DNA of 64,000 nucleotides from Blastocystis sp. Blastoise (lineage: Eukaryota > Protista > Bigyra: Opalinata). The translations under genes and the position numbers were made by a program. Under the pieces are notes generated by a model, which saw nothing but the letters and a program-made list of their open reading frames with translations, ran no database searches and was not told where the DNA came from. The DNA lies in contig JBBPEB010000021.1 in the NCBI GenBank assembly GCA_039096225.1, positions 682,001 to 746,000 of the forward strand, in the 5' to 3' direction. This document shows, piece after piece, positions 42,151 to 61,731 of this stretch. Positions within the stretch are counted from its first letter, which is position 1, and the number at the start of each line of letters is the position of its first letter.

Positions 42151-43065
42151 AATGATACCTCTCTATGTATATATATATATATATTATACATAGTTTTATA
42201 GTCATATATATATATAGGATAGAAAGAAGTTCCTTACATATACATATTATATGTATTATAATGATATGTTACTTATATTTATATATATTATCTAATATCT
42301 ATTTTATCTATTTTTTATTGTGTTATATTTATTTTTTATATACATTTTGTTTTGTAGTATTTGAGAATAAGATTATTTTAAAAGAATTCTTTTAGAATAG
42401 CATAAAAAGGTGTTTAACATAAATACAGTTTCTATTTATATTTTATTGCTTTCTTTATAATGTCTAAAACAACTTAAGAATCTCTCAGACATTCTCAGTT
42501 AATTTATTCATTAATAATAATATATGATTCGTTGATATAAAACATATCATAAAACAAAAGTTGCTAATTGCAAATTGTATCTTCATAAATAGCTATACTA
42601 AATATATATTTTGATTTTCTATTGCATTCTTATTATAAATAAAATACTATTATATAAAAATAACTAACAAATATATTTAATTGTAATTATAGTTTATTAA
42701 AATAACAATTTTCTTGTTTAATTAAGTCCGGAAATATGTTATAATTAAATAATTAAACTTAATGTACACATATAACATTTATATATCAATTAAAAATTCA
42801 AATAGACTTTTATATAGAGAAAAAGGGAAAATTTTAAAATGTTTTAACCCCTGGAAACAACGAATTTACACAAACTTTTATTATAGAAAAAAAGATTTTA
42901 TAAGGGGGAATTTCTCTTTATTTTTAAGATTTAATATTTTCACATATTTATTTTTATTTTTATTTATTTTTCAGATATATTTTATATATTATAAGATGTA
43001 TATAATATTTTTTATTTGCCTTAAACTTTATAGTCTTCATGATCTATCCAAATAGATTCAAATAG

Positions 43066-43525
43066 GTCCTAATTGGTCTTCTTCTTTAAAGTTAAACAAT
43101 GAGTTGTGGGGTCTATGTAACTAGAAATCTTGTGCTATTAAAGGTATATATTTTTAGCATTCTCTTTGTTATTATTATTATCATCTTCTAAAGGTTCAGG
43201 TGTTGTTGTCGGTCTCCTTGGTTAACAACTCCCTGGTTTCAAAGGTATTTTATTATATTTTATTTTTTAAAAATTAACTACTTTTATTTTTATATAGGTT
43301 CTAGGTCCTTCATGAGGTTTCTCTTGGTCTAGTCTGTTTGGTGGTTGAAGGTATATTATTATAATATATTTATTTTTATAAATTATATTTTTATAGTTGT
43401 GGTTTTTCTTCAAGGGGTATTCTACAAGTGATATATAAAGGTATATATTTATATGTTATCTATATTATTATCATTTCTATCATTTATGTATATATAGTGA
43501 TCCAAAATGATATCAAATTACTCAA
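43066..43525 (+). pseudogene. Spliced micro-exon unit with no long ORF; GGT-rich, possibly a Gly-X-Y (collagen-like) remnant or a spliced ncRNA
   Basis: Exon-like blocks 43066-43143, 43194-43244, 43298-43350 and 43397-43440 each end AAG|GTAT and are separated by 46-57-nt AT-rich GT-AG introns. All three frames contain stops. Confidence 0.5.
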
Positions 43526-44359
43526 AAATATTATAAATAATTATTATTTTATTATCTTTATTATTGTTATTATTTTTTTATTATTATCTATTTTCTTTTG
43601 TTATATATATTTTTATTATCATTCACACAACGATAAATAAATAAAAAATGACGTTTCTAAAAGAATTCTGAACGAATGAAAACAAACAACATACCCGACA
43701 AAATTAGCCTATTTTTTGGCCACTCTATTCGCTATGACTGAAAAGTGTCTTAAAATTTTTTGTTTACTTTTTCGAATTTGTCGCTTTTTTGATATCCGTG
43801 AAAATGCCTACCAGTGGATTAATAATTTAAAGACTAGAACATTCTTTATTGGAAATTCAAATGCTATCATAAATAAATTCAACATTTACATGTTACATAA
43901 AAATATATTTTCAAAAGTACCTTATTAACAGTAGTCAAATTCATATAAGTGATCTGAAGACAGTGTGTTTTGTTTGTCTTTTTTTGTCGTGTTATACCCT
44001 ATTATATTCAATATAAATTATCAAATAATATAATTAAAGCATTAGAAATGTTTATAAGATCAATTGATGTGAAGAGAAACACTTTTATCATAAAGGAAAG
44101 ACGAGGTACTTCATTAAATTCATTTAGAAGATTATCATTTCTATTCTTCCCCGCTGGAAATCACAAAAAAAAGGGCGACACTTTAGTCTTCCCAGAATTT
44201 GTTTCTCTAAATAACAACATCATTCGTAATGGAGAAGATCGTATGACAGACCCTAGGTTCTCTTGTAATTATGTGTTTGTCGAAGAGAAACCGATGAATC
44301 ATTTCGTTATTTATGTTGTTGTGAACGAATCACACAAAGAAAACACAAAATGTCGCCAC

Positions 44360-44374
44360 GCGTCATTATGACGC
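44360..44374. promoter_or_regulatory. Palindrome GCGTCAT-T-ATGACGC (TGACG half-sites, bZIP-type) about 60 bp upstream of the GILT start
   Basis: Perfect 7-bp inverted repeat, CpG-rich, in otherwise AT-rich promoter DNA. Confidence 0.45.
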
Positions 44375-44435
44375 AACAAAAATTACAATTCTTTGTTTTA
44401 GAACTAACATCATAATTATTCATTTCTTATCGAAT

Positions 44436-46700
44436 ATGCGTTTTGTTTATTGTTTAGCTCTTTTTGTAGCTCTTGTAGCTGCTAAGGGTCTTCGTGCTGA
44501 TGCCCCTCAGGTTAAAGTCGATTTCTACTTTGAATCTTATTGCCCTTCTTGCTCTCTTTTCATTGAATCCTCCATCTCTTCTTGGAAGGAAAATAAAGAT
44601 ATTGTCGCTATTACTGATCTTCATTTATATCCTTTCGGTAATGGTAAGATCGTTACTCGTGATCCTCCTACCTTCCAATGCCAACATGGTGAAAAGGAAT
44701 GTTATGGTAACATGGTCGAAGATTGTGCTATTGCTCATTATCCCGAAAATTATCTTGATTTTATTATTTGCATCGAAGAAGTTGTTGATTTCTCTGATGA
44801 TGCTGTAAAGTTCTGTGCTAAAGAAGCTAAGATCGATGGCGAAAACCTCTTAACTTGTGCTACTGGTACTGAAGGTCCTCTTCTTCATTTAGCTGCTGCT
44901 GATGCTACTCCTGCTGATCATCAATATGTTCCTTGGTTAGTTGTCAATGATGAAGTTGTCTTAAGTCCTACTAGAAAATCTCTTATTAATCTTGTTTGTG
45001 AAGCTTACACTGGTGAAAAACCTGCTGGCTGTAATAAATATGTTGCTCCTCAAAGCAATAAGGTTGACGCTGAAAAAGTCCCTGTTGAACTTTATTTCGA
45101 ATCTTATTGTCCTGGTTGTGAAGAAACTATTAAGGGACCTTTAAATGATTTCGTTAAAGTCCCTGAACTTGCTGCTATTGCTGATATTAAATTATATCCT
45201 TTCGGTAATGGTAAGATCGTAACTCGTGATCCTCCTACTTTCCAATGTCAACATGGTGAAAAGGAATGTTATGGTAATATGGTTGAAAATTGTGCTATTG
45301 CTCATAATCCTGATAACTGGTGGAACTTTATTCTTTGTGAAGAAAGTGTCGTTGATTTCTCTGATGATGCTATTAAACAATGTGCTACTAAAGCTAATAT
45401 TGATGCTGAAGCTATTCTTACTTGTATCAAGAGTACTGAAGGTCCTCTTCTTCATTTAGCTGCTGCTGATGCTACTCCTGCTGATCATGAATGGGTTCCT
45501 TGGTTAATTATTAATGGTGAAGTTGTTGATGATATTGATAATCTTAAGACTTTCATTTGTAATGCTTACAAGGGTGAAAAGCCTTCTGCTTGTTTAGAAT
45601 CTCTTAATAATGTTAATGTTGCTGAAAAGGTTCCTGTTGAACTTTATTTCGAATCTTATTGTCCTGGTTGTGAAGAAACCATCGAAGGTCCTTTAAATGA
45701 TTTCGTTAGTGTTCCTGAACTTGCTGCTATTGCTGATATTAAATTATATCCTTTCGGTAACGGTAGAATTCTTACTCGTGATCCTCCTACCTTCCAATGT
45801 CAACATGGTGAAAAAGAATGTTATGGTAATATGGTTGAAAATTGTGCTATTGCTCATAATCCTGATAACTGGTGGAACTTTATTCTTTGTGAAGAAAGTG
45901 TTGTTGATTTCTCTGATGATGCCATTAAACAATGTGCTACTAAAGCTAATATTGATGCTGAAGCTATTATTACCTGTACTAAGGGTACTGAAGGTCCTCT
46001 TCTTCATTTAGCTGCTGCTGATGCTACTCCTGCTGATCATGAATGGGTTCCTTGGTTAATTATCAATGGTGAAGTTGTTGAAGATACTGACGAACTTAAG
46101 AGTGCTATTTGTAATGCTTACAAGGGTGAAAAGCCTGCTGCTTGTTATAAGACTTTAGCTACTGCTGTTGCTGTTGAAAAAGTCCCTGTTCAACTTTTCT
46201 ATGAATCTTATTGTCCTGGTTGTGAACAAACTATTAAGGGACCTTTAAATGATTTCGTTAGTGTTCCTGAACTTGCTGCTATTGCTGATATCAAGCTTTA
46301 TCCTTCTGGTAATGCTTTAATTCTTACTCGTGATCCTCCTACCTTCCAATGTCAACATGGAGAAAAGGAATGTTATGGTAACATGATCGAAAGTTGTGCT
46401 ATGGCTCATAATCCTGATAACTGGTGGAGTTTCATTCTTTGTGAAGAAAATGTCGTTGATTTCTCTGATGAAGCTGTAAAGGAATGTGCTACTAAGTCTA
46501 ATATTGATGCTGAAACTATCATTGCTTGTGCTAATGGCACTGAAGGTCCTCTTCTTCATTTAGCTGCTGCTGATGCTACTCCTAGTCACTATTGGGTTCC
46601 TTGGCTTATTGTTGATGGTAAGGTCGTTGATAAGATTGCTGAACTTAAGACTGCTATTTGTGATGCTTATACTGGTGAAAAACCTGCTGCTTGCAATTAA
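44436..46700 (+). CDS. Secreted/lysosomal protein with four tandem GILT (gamma-interferon-inducible lysosomal thiol reductase) domains; intronless
   Basis: Signal peptide followed by four units, each with ESYCPxC, LYP(F/S)GN, FQCQHGEKECYGN..ExC and VPWL. Confidence 0.93.
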   Translation: MRFVYCLALFVALVAAKGLRADAPQVKVDFYFESYCPSCSLFIESSISSWKENKDIVAITDLHLYPFGNGKIVTRDPPTFQCQHGEKECYGNMVEDCAIAHYPENYLDFIICIEEVVDFSDDAVKFCAKEAKIDGENLLTCATGTEGPLLHLAAADATPADHQYVPWLVVNDEVVLSPTRKSLINLVCEAYTGEKPAGCNKYVAPQSNKVDAEKVPVELYFESYCPGCEETIKGPLNDFVKVPELAAIADIKLYPFGNGKIVTRDPPTFQCQHGEKECYGNMVENCAIAHNPDNWWNFILCEESVVDFSDDAIKQCATKANIDAEAILTCIKSTEGPLLHLAAADATPADHEWVPWLIINGEVVDDIDNLKTFICNAYKGEKPSACLESLNNVNVAEKVPVELYFESYCPGCEETIEGPLNDFVSVPELAAIADIKLYPFGNGRILTRDPPTFQCQHGEKECYGNMVENCAIAHNPDNWWNFILCEESVVDFSDDAIKQCATKANIDAEAIITCTKGTEGPLLHLAAADATPADHEWVPWLIINGEVVEDTDELKSAICNAYKGEKPAACYKTLATAVAVEKVPVQLFYESYCPGCEQTIKGPLNDFVSVPELAAIADIKLYPSGNALILTRDPPTFQCQHGEKECYGNMIESCAMAHNPDNWWSFILCEENVVDFSDEAVKECATKSNIDAETIIACANGTEGPLLHLAAADATPSHYWVPWLIVDGKVVDKIAELKTAICDAYTGEKPAACN

Positions 46701-47207
46701 ATCATCTGATTTTTTGTAATTAATTATTTTTGCTTAAAAAATTGTTTTGTTTATATTTATTAGTTAAGTATACTAAATAACAATAATTTAGAGGCCAACT
46801 TTGTTTTTCTTAATGGCTTGTAAATGATATAAAAAGTTATTTTAAAATAAAAAAAATATTGTTGAATTCAAGTATTATTCTAATATAATAATATAAATTA
46901 TATTATGAAAAAAATGGTTTTATTAAAAGGGAAAAATGGAAATATTTTATTATTAAGATATCTTTGTATATAATAAATATTTTTTGAAAAGTTTTAAATA
47001 AACAACTAAAAAAAATATAGAACAACATGAATGACGAAAAGATTAAGAAAAAGAAATTTCCAAAAGTTAATAAATAAAGATATACAAAAGTTAGCAATAA
47101 ATATTTACAAAAGTTCATAAATATTTTAGATATGTATAAGATTCACAAAAGGCATATAGTAACAAGTAGGATAAAAATATATTGATAAAGGTATGAAAGT
47201 TATTTAC

Positions 47208-47259
47208 TTATATAGATGAGACTGAAGACATGATAGGTATATTATTATTATTATTATCC

Positions 47260-47314
<55 letters not shown>

Positions 47315-47631
47315 CTTTATTATTATTATTATTATCTTTATTATTACTGATAGTAGTATCAACAACAGGAAGCGATGTAGATTCAGAAACAGTTATTTCA
47401 ATTTCCTTTTTATTCATTTCTTTCTTATCATCATCAATACCTTGAAATAAATAATTAAATAATAAATAATATCACATAATGATTTAAAAAAGTTATTATA
47501 TTATTAATATAATATAATATATATACTATTTTCTTCAACATCCTTTCTTTCTTCTACTTTATACTTTTCTACATTGGAAACACCCCAGAAAATATTCAAT
47601 AATATCATCAGAATAAATAAACAACATCCTT

Positions 47632-47671
<40 letters not shown>

Positions 47672-49234
47672 TATATATATATATACCACACACCCCTCCA
47701 CACATAACAATCCAGAAAGGTGAATATTCATAGATAACACCAGCGATAGAAGGAATAATAACCATAGCTACTTGTCCAGCCATAATACCTATATATATAT
47801 ATATATGATTTCATTATTTAAGAATTATATATATAAATACCTATAGACAATACAGTTCCTTGAGAATTCTTAGGTGCTTCAGTATATATATATATACATA
47901 CAACTATTATTATGAATATAACTCTATACTGATAAAACCGTGGGAATAAGAGGGAAAAGTAGACTATATCCCGCGAACATTAGACCAACACTGAAATAGG
48001 AAGATAAGAGATCTTTCGCATAAGCCATATATATAGCTCCACAAGCTATATATAATAAAATAAAATATTAATTATAAATATTATTATATATATATTTACT
48101 CGTAATAATAGAAGCAAGAATTGCAGTTTTCTCTATAATTAAAATATATATAGATTATTATTATATATCTGTTAACATATATATATATATATACGTAAAG
48201 ATATATATTTAATAAGGAGAGTAACAAGAAACATTTGAACGAGAAGGGTCACAACACCCGTCATACATTGAACACCACTAATATCTAAAGATGTAGCACC
48301 AAAATTATCTTTCATATATAATCCCATCATAGAATCAAAAATAATAACAATTGCTTCATTGAAAAAACGTGCCATTACCATAATAATCATTCTAGCATTC
48401 CAATGAATTTTATCAGCTTCAGTTTTTGTTTTAGGTTTTTCCATTAGTTTATGAATTTCATCTTTAATTTCATCGACTCTTTCACTCTCTTGTTCAGCTA
48501 TATAATAATAATAACAATAAAAACTATAAAAATATACATAAAGCATTCTTTTTCAATAATATTTTTCTTTCTTTTTCTAATTCCTTCTTCTTTATTATCT
48601 TTTGATTCGTTTCCTGTAAACCAAAAATAGCGATAATAAACACAATTAAAGCACAAACACTTGCTAACCAACTATATATTATATAATTGTATAAAAGAAA
48701 TAAAAACAATAATTAAACAATAGTTAAACAATAGTTAAACAATAATTAAACATACAAGGGACTTTCTAATAAATAATTAGATAAGAATCCACCAATAGCA
48801 GGACCAAACACAAAAGCAGAAGCTATTATAGCTCCTTGTTGAGCCATATATTTCGATCGATCTTCAGTACTAGTAACATCAGCAATATAAGCTTGACCTA
48901 TAGTTTGACTTCCTCTTAACAACCCCGTATATCCTCTAAATATAATAAATGCCCACATACACCACGAAAATGATTGAAGCAAAGGACCTGTGAATGAACC
49001 AAAAAGAGATACTGATAAAAGTATTCTTCTTCCATAAATATCCGATAAAGAACCCATAACAACAACACTCAATGCTTGAAATAATGCATAACTACTGATT
49101 GTTAATCCAAGTTCAAACGAAGAACCACCTAATTTATCTGCAAAGAAAGGAATAATAGGCATAATAAACGCGTATCCAAAGCAATCAATGAATACAGTAA
49201 GATGTACAATTAATAATCCTTTAGGAAAAGCCAT
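47208..49234 (-). CDS. MFS transporter (DHA1/TetA-like), multi-exon
   Basis: Motif A GSLSDIYGRR, AYIADVT..EDRSKYM and motif C FVFGPAIGG. The second half has TM exons and ends in an N-rich tail. Confidence 0.88.
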
Positions 49235-49399
49235 TACAATTTTCTAGAAATGTAAATATCTATTAAAAGAATTTTTTAGGGTTATATTATATAGATATAT
49301 AGTCTACAAGGTAAAGCGTATAAAATATATATCTAAATTGAAGAATACCAATAAGCTATATACCTTTAAAAAGAAAAACAACAATACAAATGTTAGAAG

Positions 49400-49539
49400 C
49401 AGGGTTCGCCACGAAGACTCTCTTGGAGTACAAATTTCCTAAAAGAACCAGTTTCATGGGTACTTTTAGGCGCATAAGGCGTAAATAAAAACTCTCTTGG
49501 AGTACAGACCATACTCAAAGGACAGTTTGGCGAACCCTG
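49400..49539. mobile_element. 140-bp MITE-like element with perfect 12-bp TIRs (CAGGGTTCGCCA), hAT-like termini
   Basis: TIRs at 49400-49411 and 49528-49539, extendable outward by AG/CT. A 16-bp internal direct repeat lies at 49417-49432 and 49491-49506. No clean target-site duplication. Confidence 0.65.
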
Positions 49540-49658
49540 CTCAGAGAATCATAGAGATAAGATTATCTGGTTTATAATATGTTGTTTTCATTAATAAACA
49601 TGAATCATTTTTAAATATATATTTAGTTTATATATAGTGATAGAAATTAAAATTTCAT

Positions 49659-49729
49659 GCACCAGTGGTCCAGTGGTAAGATAGTTCCCTGCCACGGAAC
49701 AGACCCGGGTTCGATTCCCGGCTGGTGCA
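49659..49729 (+). tRNA. tRNA-Gly (GCC)
   Basis: Acceptor stem GCACCAG/CTGGTGC, anticodon arm GTTCC-CTGCCAC-GGAAC, T-loop GGTTCGATTCC, followed by a T5 Pol III terminator at 49732-49736. Confidence 0.97.
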
Positions 49730-49905
49730 AGTTTTTATTTTCTTTTCTATTAGAAAAAATAGATAAAAAAAATAAATTTTTTTTTGCTGTTTATTTAATG
49801 CAAATAACTAAACATAATAAATCTTGTTAATTAAAAAATTTGCATATAACAAATTAGGATATATAATTAAATATAAAAATATGGAATATGAAAGCAATAG
49901 AATTG

Positions 49906-54030
<4,125 letters not shown>

Positions 54031-54226
54031 GATGTTTTGAAAGATTATTAGTTATGTTCTAATGGATATACACTTGATCTTCTTTCTATCTGTCTTCTTT
54101 CCAAAAAAATCACGGTTATATTTTTGGAGAATATTTGTATATTTGTGTAGAAACAGGGGGGAAACATGTCCCGTTTTTCTCGCTTTGTTTTATTCTTCAT
54201 TTTCATTTATATTTATATTCTATATC

Positions 54227-54799
54227 ATGATATCTATTTGCAGACTAACTTCTATCAATGCTATTAAGAGTTTAAGATACTTTTCTGCGATGCCTCAGAC
54301 TCTTAATGGTTTCAACGTAATCACACAACTTCCTCCTGCAAGTTGGTCATTGAAATCTATTTTTCAAGATACAAAACCTTATATTAATCAAGATGATCTT
54401 TTAAAGCTTGGTGATATGTGCTTATTACGAATTCCTGAAGAACCTGAAGAAAGACAAAAACTTGTCACTCATGTCAATAGTGTTCTTACTGCTGCAAGTT
54501 CCATTAAGGTATGAATTATGATATTATTCTTGAGTATTATAAGTCCTTTATTTTAGTTATTGTATTTGTATATATATATATGTATGTATTCTATAATATA
54601 GGAATGCTTGTGTGCCATGCCAAATCGTCAACAATTCTCTTATTATGATAATAATATGGATATTATTCATAATTGCCCAGAAGCTGAAGATCATGCTGAA
54701 ATCCCCTTAAATCATAAAGATGCAATGAAACTGGCTTCAAAGACAACGGATGGCTATTATATTGCTCCATCTCCTGATGCCTTCCAAGTGTCTGAATAA
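54227..54799 (+). CDS. gatC: Mitochondrial Glu-tRNA(Gln) amidotransferase subunit C-like; exons 54227-54508 and 54602-54799
   Basis: Presequence-like MISICRLTSINAIKSLRYFS. WSLKSIF...INQDDLLKLGDMCLL and C-terminal AMKLASKTTDGYYIAP fit the GatC pattern. Confidence 0.6.
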
Positions 54800-55084
54800 A
54801 AGTATATTATTAGTTGTTATTTATTCTTATTAAAATATATTATTAATATTTATTATTCTTATTAAAAAAGTATATTATTACTATTTATTTATTCTTATTA
54901 AAATTGGCTTATTATTTATATTCATTTATTCATATTAAAAAAGTATATGATTACTATTTATTTATTCTTATTAAAATTGGCTTATTATTTATATTCAATT
55001 TATTCATATTAAAAAAGTATATGATTACTATTTATTTATTCTTATTAAAATTGGCTTATTATTTGTATTCAATTTATTCATATT
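54797..55084. repeat. Minisatellite of about 74 bp (3 full plus partial units) just downstream of gatC
   Basis: AAAAAAGTATATGATTACTATTTATTTATTCTTATTAAAATTGGCTTATTATTT... repeated in tandem. Confidence 0.85.
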
Positions 55085-55716
55085 ATACTACTGCTTACAT
55101 ATAAATATATTCTATCTATAAATCATACACTATTATATATGTATGTATAGTATCAATTTCTCAAAGAAGTATATATAAGAATCAGTTACCTCTTGCATTT
55201 TTAGTATTTTCATTGTTTTTTCTGTTTTATTGTTTATTCATTTCCTCTCGAAATAACTTAGCTATGCTAACAATTCTAATGTATGTTTTGTTAGTATTAT
55301 AATTATATATATATTTTTATGTACTAACTATTTTAAAGTATATTCTATAATCTATAACAGTTAGAATAAACTTTTTAAAGAATATAATAATGATTAAAAA
55401 AAATTAAAAACTAGATATTGTATGCTATCTTTCGATGTGTATAATCATATAAATATACTCTCTTCATAATTCTTATAAAGTTATCAAAGAAACTAATTGA
55501 AAAAACACGAATTTTTATAGATTTATAGAAAACGAAATAATAATCTCATAATAAAAAAATTACATGAAAATAATAAAAAAACATGAGACTTTAAAAAATA
55601 TAAATTAATTTATGAATGTTGGATATACATATATAATCTATATATATATATAATGGAATGAAAAAACTTTGCAAATGTATATAAATGATATATATACAAA
55701 GTAATTCTATTTATAT

Positions 55717-58751
<3,035 letters not shown>

Positions 58752-59118
58752 CAAGGTTTAATAGAATATCGAATATAAAAGACGAATTTTATGTCTTTTA
58801 ACATAAATAGAAAAGATGACGACTGTTTGGTATTTCAAATAAGAAAAAATCATTGGATTTCATAAAAATAAAGGAACAATGAATGTGATTTTTAAGAATA
58901 TGAATTGATCCTTTTTAAAATTATTTTTTGTTGTTATTAATATGTTTTAATGATCATAATATTTTTAACAAATTAAAGAGTAAAAAAAATTTAAATGATA
59001 TACGAAAACAAACACATAATATGAATTCTTTATTACTAGAAAAAAGAACAATTGTTGTTGCAATAGAATGGCTAATGAAAGCAGTTGATAAAAGAAAAGT
59101 AACGAGAGTTTAACTTAT

Positions 59119-60347
59119 TTAATTCTTGTTGAATTTAGCAAGTCTTTCCTTACGGTTTTGTTCCATTTGTTGAGGAAGAGGTCTATAAAGATAAGTTATT
59201 AGTAGGATAATATTAAAAAAAAAAAATGAATAAGTAAATAATAAAATAAATCACTTATAATAAATTCATAAATATAGTATATACCTAACAAAAGGTAAGA
59301 AAGTGATTCCCATCATAAAGGGTTGAAGAGGTTCAGGAATATTAATACCTTCAGGAGTTTGATAGTTTTCAAGAATACAGCATAAAGTTCTAGTTAAAGC
59401 ACAAAGAGTACTATTAAGCATATGTACATATTTCTTATCTTCATTTTGTTTCTTATTACGACCACAACGAATCTCCATAGCTCTTGATTGATAATCAGTA
59501 CAATTAGAACAAGATACTAATTCTCTATAAGTATCATAACCAGGGAACCATCCCTATATTATTTGAAATTATATTATTATATATAGGTATATTTTATATA
59601 ATATAATAAACATAATAAAACATATAATAATATTAATAATCATAAAAAATAATAAACATAGTAATAATAAAAAAAAAAACTATAATAATAAAACTACATC
59701 CTTCAAGATCATATTTCTTAGCAGCAGCGTTATTTAATTCACCAGAAACAATATTAACTACTCTATAAGGAAGACTTAAAGATTCATAGAATTCTCTACA
59801 GTTCTTAATTAAATATTCTTGCATTTCTTGAGATTCTTCAGGTTTCGTAATAGCGAATTGTTCAACTTTATCAAATTGATGTACTCTGAAAATACCCCAA
59901 GTATCTTTACCATGAGCACCAGCTTCTTTACGGAAATTGGTAGAGAAACCAGTATATTTAAGAGGTAAATCTTTTTCATCTAACCATTCACCCATGTGAT
60001 AACCACAAATAGGTTGTTCAGAAGTAGCAATTAAATACTTTTCATCTCCATCTTCACCTTCAACATGATATAATTCTTCATCAAATTGAGATAATTGAGC
60101 AACACCCGCCATAACATCTCTATTCATAAAATAAGGAGTTTGAAGAGTAGTATAACCTCTCTTAGCATTCCATTGAAGAGAATACATAATAATAGCTTGA
60201 TTTAATAATACAGCATTACCCTTAAGGAAATAAGCTCTATGACCAGCTACTTTATTACCTCTTTCAGGCTCATAACCATCAATCATCCATAATAACTATA
60301 TATAGGGGATTCATTTATATTTATTATTATAAAAATTATATATATGC

Positions 60348-60414
<67 letters not shown>

Positions 60415-61122
60415 ATATACTTCATGATGAGAGAACATACTACCATCAGTATTTACATGAGGTTCACCCCACTTCCAAGCAACTACATTAAAAGCCTATA
60501 TATATATGAAAAGTTAAAAGAAGAAAAAAAATAATTAATTAAAGCAAAATAAAATAATAAAAAATAATAAAAAATAATAAAAAATAATAAAAATTAATTA
60601 AAAATAAAATAAATAATTAAAACAACAAAATACTTCATCTTTATTAATAGGAACAGTAGGATCTAAGATATTACCAATTTGAGCTAAAGTAGAATCTCTC
60701 TTCTTTTGGACTTCAAGAACTTTCTTTTGATTTTCTTCAATTTGAACAGTAAGTTCCTTAACTTTAGCAGTTAAATCATCACAAGGTTCCTTAGCCTTCT
60801 TCTTCTTACCAATTTCAATAGAAAGCTTTCTCTTTTCAGCAAGCATATTATCACCATTCTTAAGGATAACTCTTAATTCGTTATCTAAAGCAATAGTATC
60901 ATCAACAAGTTGAACATTAGCAAATCTCTTTCTTTGAGATTCTCTTACTAATTCAGAGTTACCTCCCTTATAATCACGAAGAAGATTAATATCAATAGGC
61001 ATTCCTATGACTCAATAAAATGAAGTTTTCGATATTTATAAATATGTGATTGCTGTTTGTCTTATCATCAATTACGAGTCGTTTTGGTTGGTAAATAGTG
61101 TTTTACGCTGAATACCCTTCAT
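59119..61122 (-). CDS. SARS: Cytosolic seryl-tRNA synthetase (6 exons, including a possible MKG micro-exon at 61122-61116)
   Basis: PIDINLLR...VRESQRKRF, YLIATSEQP, FRKEAGAHGKDTWGIFRVHQFDKVEQF, ELVSCSNCTDYQSR and HMLNSTLCALTR. Confidence 0.96.
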
Positions 61123-61731
61123 TTTTCTTGTTTCCTAGTTATTTCAACATTTTGCCGATGTTTTATTACTTTTCTCTGGAAAATGTTTTTTTAATTTTTT
61201 CTTTTTTTTGTTTTTTTCATTTTTTGATTTGATTAATATATTATATGAATAGTAAATGTCATTTTATGAAAGTTAGACTGATAGAGATTTTATCAGATAA
61301 AACTAGGAATTGAATTACATTGTTTAGTTGAACATATCTAGTTTTTTTATAGTTAAAATTAGAGTACAGTAAAAAGAAGCAAAGAAAATCATTGGAAAAC
61401 GTATGTATTATCATTGAACAATTATTTAAGTCTATTATATCATATTTTTTCTATAAATTAGACGATATTGATGGTTTAACTATGATATTTATATAAATAT
61501 TACATAGCAGACGTAGAGAGACATTTACAACATCCAAAATTGAATTTAGATTGATAGTTTTTGTTTTTTTAATTGTTTCTCATATATATTAGTTAGAGAA
61601 TAGGAGGATTATTTTCTCCTTAATTTTATAAACAAAACAGAAAATTCATATAAATATAAATCAAATGGAAATCAAAAGCATATCAAAATTATGGAATAAA
61701 CCAATAGGTATAAATAGATAAATAAATATTA

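Noticed and set aside
43099-43440. Selenoprotein reading of the spliced unit (two in-frame TGA, GG-TGA reminiscent of SelK/SelS)
   Set aside because: No recognisable SECIS downstream, and the rest of the peptide does not match SelK or SelS.
43970-44371. 133-aa ORF upstream of GILT
   Set aside because: TTG start, no motifs, lacks the local codon bias, and overlaps the likely GILT promoter.
49417-49506. Two 16-bp direct repeats as a mini-CRISPR
   Set aside because: Only two short repeats, in a eukaryotic context with no cas genes, and enclosed by TIRs.
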